From positions 7,200,180-7,264,179 of the forward strand of contig JBJCIZ010000239.1 in assembly GCA_051294375.1 (NCBI GenBank): a stretch of 64,000 nt of DNA, in the 5' to 3' direction. Source of the stretch: Paraspadella gotoi (taxonomy: Eukaryota > Animalia > Chaetognatha). Made by a program: the position numbers and the translations under genes. The notes below the pieces were generated by a model. That model was not told the origin of the DNA. It worked only from the letters and a program-made list of their open reading frames with translations, and did not search any database. The stretch's first letter is position 1. Each line of letters starts with the position of its first letter. Shown in pieces: positions 27,572 to 37,254 of the stretch.

Positions 27572-27582
27572 GTAAAAGGCAG
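27572..27582 (+). promoter_or_regulatory. Non-tRNA primer-binding site, complementary to own LTR (27210-27220)
   Basis: GTAAAAGGCAG directly after the LTR is the reverse complement of CTGCCTTTTAC in both LTRs; no TGG start. Confidence 0.7.
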
Positions 27583-27726
27583 AATTTAGTCTCCTCTGGC
27601 CTAAGCATCTATTCATTGTGAAGAGATGTAAAGTCATTGACGATATTAGAATACAGACGAGATAGAAAATTGTATTTTAGTATAATTTTATACGTATAAC
27701 ATTAACCTATTTTCTCTCCCCTTTGC

Positions 27727-29506
27727 ATGGTCCGCACGATGGCATCGGCCCCTCCGACTAACGGCACCACTCAGGATGGAGCAGATGGAATCGGTCCGGA
27801 CGAGTTTGCCGAACAGCTCGAACGTCTCCGGCACACGTTTCAAGACCTCTTCAACAGGGCCGTTGAGACGGGAACGTCAGCGGATCGTACGTCTGCCAAC
27901 AGTATGAGAGAGGCGCTGGAAATTAAGAGGCAAGAGGCGATGCTTCTCGCGGGAGAACATAGGCTGAGAAATACGCACGCATTATCACGAGGAATTGATC
28001 GGGTAAGAGACGCTTTGCGCGAAAACCCAAATTTTCCGCCACTTTTGGCGGTTTCAAACGATGATACAATTATTGCTGACCCTGACTCCGGCCCTGGCTC
28101 TCGGGCCGGATCCCCGTATCTCCTCCCCTCCGACACTACAGTACCGGTCGTAGGGAGAGGACGGAGCAGCAGTGGACGCTCGACGATGATCGTGGGAGGG
28201 GCGGCGACGACGTCGGTGGATGATCAGGATCCGATTGCACGTCACTTGAGGTCCTCTGTTACGGCGCCTCCGCTGTTCCAGACGGCCTTCATGACCCCTC
28301 CCACGTCTGATTTAACCGTACGGTCGCTGCGGCGTGGGACCTACACGAGCGCTTTCGCGCCGGTCCTGCCCATGAACCCGACTTCCGGGGCGACGACCAC
28401 GCCGATGGTGAGAACGATAGCTACAGTGGCGACGGCGACCGCGACTCCTACCATGGTCACCTCCACAATTATACACACTACCTCTGCAGCGACGACAGCT
28501 CTACCTCCCGTCAGCTTTGCTGATGAGCAGCAACGAGCGTTCAAAGAGGCAGTGCAGAGGGCAGTTAACGATAGAACTAGAGCCGCACGCACCGAAAAAG
28601 ATTTGGAGAGAGAGATGATGATACTGCAGGAAGAAAACGATCGATTACGACAAGCTGCCAAGAGGCAGTCGGCTCGACGGCGTCTTCGAGCTGCCAGGGA
28701 ATCCGCAGCTGATCGGTTAGCGGAAGAGACACGTTCACGACGAGTTCCGAACGCTTCGCAAGCGCCGGCGGTCATCTCGGGACCGGCGCCGATCTTCCCC
28801 GCATTGCCGGCACCTATCCCGATTTCAGCTGAGGTTGGTGCGAACGCCGCGCCTCGGCCGAGAGGTCTGGTCGAACTAGCAACGGGTTTGAACGCTTTGC
28901 CTGCGAGAGGAGCCAGACCTTCAGCCGATAACAGCCCGTCGGCGATGAATCTTACGACTTTGACAGAGAGATTGTCGGCGATAGAGACTGTCGCTCAACA
29001 GCAAGTCGCAGCCCACGAGATCAAACGAGAACAATGGAGACTTGAAAGGGAGAATCTCCAGAGGAATTTCGAGGCCACGGTGATGAGAATGGTTATGATG
29101 ATCCTGGGCCGCCCAGGCGGCGAGAACGCAGCTCCACGGATAGAAACGCCGCCTTCTCCACCGCTTCCTCGGACTCCTACTCATCAGCCCCTCGCTTCGC
29201 CTCTCCACGATTCTTTACCTCAAAGAAACAATTCTCATCGCGAGAGAGAAAGAGATCCTGTGATCGACGTTCAACAAGCTCAAATCGCGCAGCTTACCGA
29301 ACAGCTTCGACAATTACAAGAGAATTTGAACGCCTTTCGTCAAGAGAGAAACGGTGGGGGCAAGCCCCGGGAGGCGGCCCCGCCTCCTGAGGCCCAGCCC
29401 GCCGAAAATGATAGATTGCAACAATACCTACATTTGCAGTCAATAGAATCGACAATTCGTATGCTCAAAGACTTGCGCCAAGAAGAAATGTTTAGGAATG
29501 AAGGAG
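27727..29506 (+). CDS. gag: BEL Gag, long low-complexity/coiled-coil N-terminal part (the 626-aa ORF runs into the inverted segment)
   Basis: Uninterrupted ORF starting 155 nt after the LTR; joins capsid-like sequence when 29500-31328 is re-inverted. Confidence 0.75.
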
Positions 29507-31328
29507 CGAAAAACAAAGTAAACAGCATAGGAGGAGGGAGCGGATTGAAAAAGGGTAGGTGTAGCATGGGCGGGAGCAGGAGTTTGAACATAACCAGTTG
29601 TGGCTGATATTGTGCCACCTGATTAACCGGCATCTGTCGGGGCACCGGCGCCGCGCCGTGCAGCATGGGATGATGATTTCCCCTGCACTATTACATGGTA
29701 CACCTAGATCTACATCTAATTGCTAAATGGTTAGGAGTTAAACATTTAAAACATAATCGTTGGCCTGCCGCTAAGTCGGCTCTCGCCTGGACGCGAGTGC
29801 CTGATAGCCTGTACACTCCCAGATCATATGGTCTTGNNNNNNNNNNNNNNNNNNNNNNNNNNNNNNNNNNNNNNNNNNNNNNNNNNNNNNNNNNNNNNNN
29901 NNNNNNNNNNNNNNNNNNNNNNNNNNNNNNNNNNNNNNNNNNNNNNNNNNNNNNNNNNNNNNNNNNNNNNNNNNNNNNNNNNNNNNNNNNNNNNNNNNNN
30001 NNNNNNNNNNNNNNNNNNNNNNNNNNNNNNNNNNNNNNNNNNNNNNNNNNNNNNNNNNNNNNNNNNNNNNNNNNNNNNNNNNNNNNNNNNNNNNNNNNNN
30101 NNNNNNNNNNNNNNNNNNNNNNNNNNNNNNNNNNNNNNNNNNNNNNNNNNNNNNNNNNNNNNNNNNNNNNNNNNNNNNNNNNNNNNNNNNNNNNNNNNNN
30201 NNNNNNNNNNNNNNNNNNNNNNNNNNNNNNNNNNNNNNNNNNNNNNNNNNNNNNNNNNNNNNNNNNNNNNNNNNNNNNNNNNNNNNNNNNNNNNNNNNNN
30301 NNNNNNNNNNNNNNNNNNNNNNNNNNNNNNNNNNNNNCCTGCCGCTAAGTCGGCTCTCGCCTGGACGCCGAGTGCCTGATAGCCTGTACACTCCCAGATC
30401 ATATGGTCTTGTCCACAAAAATAGCATGCGGAGTTGACGCGGGTCGGCGTGAGGTATACATTGGAACTCCTGGCGATTTCGTCACCATCTGGATCTGGGG
30501 AGCAGGTGTAGCCGCCGCCTGTTGAATCGGCGGCTGCACCGGCTGAATGGCCGGATAAGTCGGCCATTGGGCTGTTATGTAGGCACAATCGGCTTCTGGG
30601 AGAGAGCCGTGGCTTGCTTCAGTTATGCTCGTCTTCGTCGCTTCTTTTTTTCTTTTTCTTTTGCAACTCGGTTGGCGGATCGGCTGCGTCAGACGAATCA
30701 ACGAGTCTGTGGCACTCGTTTCTTCTTTGCTCGATGCCCCCACCGTTTGTCACGGGGCAGCGTGCCAGTGTTTGCCGCAACACGCCGCACCGCAGCCGTC
30801 GTCGCTATCTTTTCTTTTTTGCCATAGACCGATTTCACCGCAACAAGGTGAATTTTCAAAAATTCAATAAATTCGTAAAGCGTAATTTACGTCCATTCTC
30901 TAAACAGATTGCGAAATTTTCCTCTGCGAATTTGTCTTTCCATTGAGGAAACTTTGCGTCGAGAATCTCTGAGATAACGTGTCGCGCGTTCAAATCGCGC
31001 ATTCGGCCTTTGCCTCCGCGATGCCGGCGATATTCTCTAGAGCGTAATCGTCTCTCGATCTCCGTCGCTTCCTTGCCTTACCCGGCTAAACAATCTTTTA
31101 GCATTTCGTGAGGCGAGGCGTCGGGTCGTCCAAATTCCTGATGAAGCATTGCGACGGCTTCATCTAGCCGCCGAATAATCAGTCCGATGAAAAAATTTTT
31201 GGAGTTTCAACCGGCGAGACCGCCGAAACCAGTGGCGTAGTTCCTGATGACGCATCTGGGCGGTGACACCAGGTTGAGTCATCGCCGCCTCCCATTGTCT
31301 CATGTGAATTTGAAGACTTTTCTCCTTC
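29500..31328 (-). CDS. gag: BEL Gag core and zinc knuckles in inverted orientation
   Basis: Minus strand HMRQWEAAM...ELRHWF...LHQEFGRP (DUF1759-like), CYFCGQDHMIWEC, CFKCLTPNHLAIRC, C..CRGNHHPMLH; ~73 bp duplicated on both sides of the gap 29837-30337. Confidence 0.85.
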
Positions 31329-32322
31329 CCAGCCCCTTCAGGACCCTGGGACGGCGAGCGCCGCAGCGACGGCGCAGGGAGGACTGGCCGATTCAGATCA
31401 AATGATGACGGTTCCCATGCCCCCGGCAGCAGCAGTGACACCAGCAGCGATGCCCACTCCGCAAGCGGGAACAATCAACAGTTGACTAGCAGTTGCGTCC
31501 GCTCCTGGCGAGGCGACCTTTCGTCCTGTCGTGCCAGTCGTCGTCGAGATGAACGGACGCAAATGCACGACTTATGCAATGATCGATAGTGGCTGTAATC
31601 GCTGCGTATTGAAAGAAAACATTGCCAACGATCTAAGTATAATTTGCAATGATGTAAAAATGAGAATTCGAACTTTAGATAGTGATGTTATTGTAGACAA
31701 GAAAGTTGCTGATTTTAATATTGAACCACTTAATGGAACTTTTTCTCTTTCTATCAGGAAAGCGATTGTGGGATGTTTACTGACTTCGGAGGACGACCTC
31801 CCCCCAAATGATGCAGATGTGGTCGACAAGCCTCATCTCAAGGGGGTAACGTTCCCCAACCTCCCTGACAAAGAGGTCGGCGTGCTCCTCCCGGCAAACT
31901 ACGCCTACACTTGGATTGATGGAGAGGTTCGACAAGGTTCGCGAGACCAGCCGGTAGCCATCAATACGATGTTCGGCTGGACTTTGATCGGACCCAGAGA
32001 TGGGAAAAGCGGCGATGACGTGGATTGCGCACGCATGACCACCGAGTTTGTTAAAGATTTACCAATTGTACATAAATATATCGTTGACTTACTCGACGAC
32101 TTTCGTTTAGTACAGTCGATGCAAAAGATGGTGAAAGATTATCGGTTTTGCGACTTCCGTAAAACAAAAAACAGTGAAATATTGCAAGTCTCAAACAACA
32201 TGCGCAACAACTTTGTCGACAACTCTGGCGCCAACCGACGACAAATCCTTTCTTGGTCACCGAAACCCTTGCTCAGCTCCTTCCTTCCCCCTCGATGCCG
32301 GAGATCATTCCGGCGGAGATAA
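31329..32322 (+). CDS. BEL aspartic protease plus short tail
   Basis: VPVVV...TYAMIDSG (DSG at 31585-31593)...VGVLL...AINTMFGWTLIGP. Confidence 0.88.
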
Positions 32323-33120
32323 CCATTTTCAGCAAAGACGAGAACCAACCCACGATCTCTGAAAGAGACGAGGCGCCGAAGTCCGCGCCCCCGCCGACTT
32401 ACGGCGGGCCAGACGCGGCCTGGCGCTCGTCAGAAAGAACATTGAAGCTGATTCTGTCGCGGCGTCATAGCCAAAAACTGGAAGTTATCCATGGACGCTA
32501 TCACATTATAGACTCGTTTAAAGTTTTGTCCTTTCGTTTTGATCTATTAGCTTATCGTATCTATCGACGTTTAGTCTTCGTCAGATCACACAATTTCTTT
32601 ATTACGACAAAAATCTTGTAACGTTCGATTTTTCCATTTAGAAATTAGTTTGTTTTTTTTTTGTCTGCTCAACTGATCGTTCTGTTAAGAAATTTGACGC
32701 GTACGCTCAAAAGAAAATTTTATTTCTACGATCTCGTGACATGGTTAAAATTCATTGTGTAACACATTGCAAAAAATAATTTACTTACTTTGATATTGAT
32801 TGTGACATTCAAACGTTAGAAAGATTCAATCACATAACAGTAAAAGAAGGTACAGTTTTTTGACAGGCATTGAAAACAACACGGATAAACAATATTTTCT
32901 TCCTCTCCCCTTTTCTCATTTTTTTCATTTATTTCGACACTTTATTTATTTTTTCTTTTTCCCTCGATCTTATTCCTCTTCTTCCATCTATCTTGATCCT
33001 TCTCTTCTTCTTTCCTGATCTTTTCTCTTCCTCTAGGCCATACTTTGCATTGCCCCTCTAGATCAGAGTGGTTTTTGTTGGAGTTATTCCACCGCTCTGA
33101 TGGAGCGCTGGAGGTGGGGG

Positions 33121-33690
33121 TGTAGAGATATGTCCCCCTTTTCCCCCCATTTATTTTGTTTGCCCTTTGTTATTACCGTTTCTGCCGATAGATGTCTCTT
33201 TTCTTTTCTTTAGGAGATTTCACTCCTCTTTTCTTTTCTTACCAGATATACTAGGCCCATGTAGATACTTAGGCCTTTTCCGCCCGTCACCAAACTGCCT
33301 TTTACGAGGTTCTAGGACGCCCTCATGTCACCATCCGTCACCTTTTGATACCGTTCACAGACAGTGATGCCACGGCCATAGAGCCCACGACGAGACCACA
33401 CTCCAAGAGACTCGTTGACGTACTTGTGGTCAGACTTTAGGCTCCGTCATAGACTGGTGGACGGACTCATGGCCCACCACATTCGGCCACACTTGGGTGA
33501 CGATAGCCTCGCCGATTACTCCTTCATCACGGCGAGCCGACGTTTTCGGTGCACGCGCAACGGCGCTGGACGCGGCCACGCCCATTTCCGGAGACGTCAG
33601 CGAGGGACGTGGAGGACGGCGGTCCTCCGTAACAGCACGACGGCGGCGAAGCGGAGGCGGCTACACGAGCACACGGCAAGTGTTCGTACA
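33121..33690 (+). repeat. BEL 3' LTR
   Basis: Preceded by PPT, followed by TSD TTCTT. Confidence 0.92.
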
Positions 33691-33879
33691 TTCTTTGCTC
33701 TCTCTAATATTAGAAAACATTTAAAAAATAAGACATTAAGACATTAAAACATTAAGGCTAACTAAAACTATCTTTACTTTTATAAAATTGAAAAAAATAT
33801 TTATTAATTAATGACTCTTTTGATCAATCGATCATTCAACCATTCAATTAATAAATTGATATTCATAATAAAGAGAAAA

Positions 33880-34030
33880 CAAAGTTTATTTGTTTACAAA
33901 CAACGGATTTTTATTCCAAAAAACGGACATGTTTCGACTCTAGTTTTTCCGAGTCTACATCAGCGCGTGAGAGTCGAAACATGTCCGTTTTTTTTAATAA
34001 AACCCGTTGTTGTAAACAAATAAACTTTGC
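33880..34030. mobile_element. Small Penelope-like inverted repeat with degenerate hammerhead (33923-33967, minus)
   Basis: ~65-bp arms; minus strand CTGATGTA-GACTC-GGAAAAACTA-GAGTC-GAAAC-ATGTC. Confidence 0.65.
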
Positions 34031-34606
34031 TTTTACTTATATATAAAAGCAACGAAAAGAAAGTCCTAACACAATATTCATAATTATATTTATAGTCATG
34101 GTTTATGAAAGACTAACCACAGAAAAAATGCTTTCAAGAAACTAACAACAATAAAAATAATGAGGAAGAGAAAAAGTGAAAGCGAAAGAAAGAAAGAGAA
34201 AGAGAGAAAGAGAAAACAAAAAATACAGAATTAGAATTACATTGTGCTTTTTATTTCATTGTCTTTTTCATTTATTATGCTATGAGTCAAAAGAAAGATT
34301 TATTATAATGTTTTATTTGATAAGCTGATGGGTAGATTCAAGATAGTTTTCTCAAACCAATTGTCTCATTTATCAACTATAATGTGTACCTCATCCATCT
34401 GAAATAGAAGATAAAGACGATTCAGGAGCCGGAGTTAAGGAGAAAATACAATTAAATACTTTAATTAGTTTTAAATATTAATATTTTAAATTTAAAGTTA
34501 AATTATAAAATTAACCGATTTTAACGGTTAACCGTTAAAAACGTTAGTTTTAACGGTTAAGCAAAGTTCCTTAAAAATTAACGGTTAACGGAACCCTAGC
34601 CCCGTT

Positions 34607-34951
34607 CCTCTTAACTGCTAGGCAGCCACCGGGCTAGAACCCCGACCTTTGGGTTGGGAGGCGAATGACTTGCCTCTGGCACCAATGACCGCTGATGAAC
34701 GGTTGGTGGATTTTTAGTCCACTATACATCCCCCCCTGCCGTAGGGAGAAGTCTGTTGTGTCTCTTCAGTGTGTTGTTGTTGTTGGTGGAAAGTTCATCA
34801 CCAAGTTGAGGCATGTCGCCTGATGTGTTGTTGGCGGAAAGTGCATCGCCAGGTTGAGGCATGTCGCCTGAAAGTGTTGTTGTTGCTGTTGTGTTCGGAA
34901 GTCGGGTTCACCAATGAAGAGACAGTGATAATTGACAGAACCGTTAAATAT
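34607..34951 (-). repeat. Twister repeat family 2, right part of the ~410-nt unit; second partial unit at 35769-35833
   Basis: TGAAGAGACAGTGATAATTG..ACAGAACCGTT.AATAT at 25368-25417 recurs at 34915-34951; 34663-34722 recurs at 35769-35829. Confidence 0.75.
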
Positions 34952-35768
34952 GTGGAGCTGGAGCTGGAGCTAGAGTCGGAGCTGCCGGAGCTGGCATATT
35001 TGGCCGGAGCTGGAGCTGAATTTATTTTCTTACCGGAGCGGGAGCTGGAGCTGGAGCTGAGATTTTAGCTAGGCCGGAGCTGGAGCTGGAGTCGGAGCGG
35101 GCAAAAAACAGTCCAACTCCAGCTCCAAGAAATTTTCTTTTTTCAAATATGAAGGAAATTCTATTTGATGACAGTGACCATTAATTAAGATAGTTTTACT
35201 TACAACTGTAAATAGGGGGAGGAGCAATACCTAAAATAAAACTATTTTATTCATCACCTTCAAAGGTGATCACATGACACAAAATTCAATGCAGAATAAC
35301 ACATAAAATACTGAGCCTTAAACTAGATAGTAAAATCCTGATAAATAATCAAAATATTTTAAAATGTAAAAGGTAAAATTTTAGATAAATGTTATTTCAT
35401 ATAAACTATTAATTATGTGGGCATTAAATGTTTATCTTTTACTCTTTTATAGTTTCTTATACTCATTGTCTACATTTAAGTACAAATCGTGATCTCATAC
35501 ATTAAATATTAAAAAATACATAAATATTATTAATAAATCATTTATCTAATGATTTCATACATGAATTAATAAATTTATTATTTATTTAAATAGAAGAAAA
35601 TAAATAAGTTATAAATAAGTAAATTAATAAAATTAGTACTGATTTAAATACAAGCAACATTAAACATTAAACTTTAAAGGGTCGGAGCTGGGAGCGGGAT
35701 CTGGAGCTGGAGCTGTCTCAAAATTTTTATTGGAGCTGGAGCTGGAGTTGGAGCTGGAAAAAAATATA
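34952..35768. mobile_element. Truncated non-autonomous DNA-transposon-like element with GGAGCT subterminal arrays
   Basis: GGAGCT/GGAGTC arrays at both ends of an AT-rich core; TIRs and TSD not preserved. Confidence 0.55.
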
Positions 35769-35989
35769 GAATGACTTGCCTCCGGCACCAATGACCGCTG
35801 ATGGACGGTTGGTGGATTTTTAGTCCACCATAACATATACATATAAAATAAAATATAAAACAAAATATAATTTAAGAAATATACTGTGGCGACGACGTTT
35901 TATGATGTATACTGGATTTACTGTAGCAAACCGGCATTTATTTATCTAGAAAATATCAATTATATTTAATTAAATATATCTTAACTCAC

Positions 35990-36171
35990 CATCCTGAACA
36001 TCTCCACCAGGAAATAACGACATCGATTTTTCACCATCTCTGAGATTTCCCCCGAAAAAGTAAAGATCACGACCGTCACTCCAACCAACGTGAAATTCAC
36101 GTCTCACTGGCTTCGAGAAATACCACATTATTTCGCTCCAAGTTCGTGTGGCATTGGTGTAGCTATACAGC
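35990..36171 (-). CDS. Kelch-repeat protein (KLHDC1/2-like), internal exon
   Basis: ag|G...G|gtgagt; 182 bp, open: LYSYTNATRTWSEIMWYFSKPVRREFHVGWSDGRDLYFFGGNLRDGEKSMSLFPGGDVQD. Confidence 0.88.
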
Positions 36172-37254
36172 CTAATTTTTCATTTCACAAACTATTAGAT
36201 AATTTAACTCACAAATTAATTTTGCATTATTATATCTTTTATCTGTTGTAGAAGACGAAAATAAAGGTAGGAAAAAAGGTGAAGATTTGTGACGATGTAA
36301 AGAGAAGTAGAGAAGAAGTGAGACGAGCTCTCTCCTGATCCACTTTTATCATCGCCCGGACCAACTTGACCTTACGGTCGCCTCGGCCCTATTACTGTGT
36401 CCGGTCAATCTAAGGTCATTGCCAAAGCTAGGGCAAAGTGAACCGTGTGGAATAGACCGGCTCGGAGAAAGAGAAGAGAGGAAGGGTTTAGAGAGAGACC
36501 GGTGGTTAAGTCGCCTCATCCCCCCCTCAAGTTTCGGACCTTAGGGTCGAACTGACCCTATTTACATTTGAGGTGACTTGTACTACTAGTTTAAGAACAA
36601 AGTACTTTACAATATTGTTCCTCCTTGGGGGAATATTTGGGCAAACAATAAGGTTCTAGGAGAAACAATTGGGGGACCCACAAAAAGGGGTTGTCTTCTA
36701 CAATAACTATTTACATATATCTCTTCCCAAAAAAAAAAAAAAATTGTGGGAAGAAATTTTACAAAAAGGAGTAGGGGATAGGAAAAATGATTTGTTTGGT
36801 CAAAGTGTTATGATGATTGCTTGCTGTTAGCAAGCTTGGTTAAATGGTTGAAAATAACAGCTGTTGATGATTACTTGCTGTTAGGCAAGTTGTTGATTAA
36901 TCGTAACAGTGACCAACTGGTGATGATTGGTGATAGTGCTGATAACCGGTTATCTAACAATCACGGATCTCGCGAATGACTGATAGTTAGATCTTAAACA
37001 TCTAATACAATATATATCTAGTCCTTCAGAACCCAGACGATGGTATTGTCTTGCACGTGCTTGTCTCTGAGGTTGGATTCGTGTTTGGTTGTCGAGTGGA
37101 TTGTTTGTCGTGGTGGCCGTTGCTGTTGCTGTGGAGGTTCTTGTTGACGTTGCTGTTGAGGTTGAGTCGCCTGAGGATATAAATGTTGGGAATGAGTGGA
37201 GTCGGCCGCTGGGCTGACTCTTGTTTCTATTATTTTGTTTGATGACCTTCCCCC

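Larger units (their letters stand above)
27041..33690 (+). mobile_element. BEL/Pao LTR retrotransposon, non-autonomous (gag-protease only)
   Basis: LTRs TGTAGAG...CGTACA at 27041-27571 and 33121-33690; 5-bp TSD TTCTT; PPT GGAGGTGGGGG; three-knuckle BEL Gag and BEL protease; no RT/RNaseH/IN. Confidence 0.92.
25482..34598. mobile_element. Non-autonomous hAT-type DNA transposon (~2.5 kb without the nested BEL)
   Basis: TIRs TAGAGTTCCGATAACCGTTAA / TTAACGGTTAACGGAACCCTA; 8-bp TSD GCCCCGTT (25474-25481, 34599-34606); subterminal TTAACCG/CGGTTAA repeats; no transposase ORF. Confidence 0.88.

Noticed and set aside
29695-30588. Long ORFs across N runs (also 60151-60603, 62665-63576)
   Set aside because: Lengths come from N gaps
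27041-33690. Dating the insertion from LTR-LTR divergence
   Set aside because: Differences are dominated by indels consistent with read error
34640-34725. HDV-like (GGCGAATG) or hammerhead (CTGATGA) ribozyme on the plus strand
   Set aside because: No consistent P1/P2/P3 double pseudoknot and no stem II-GAAA; only simple hairpins
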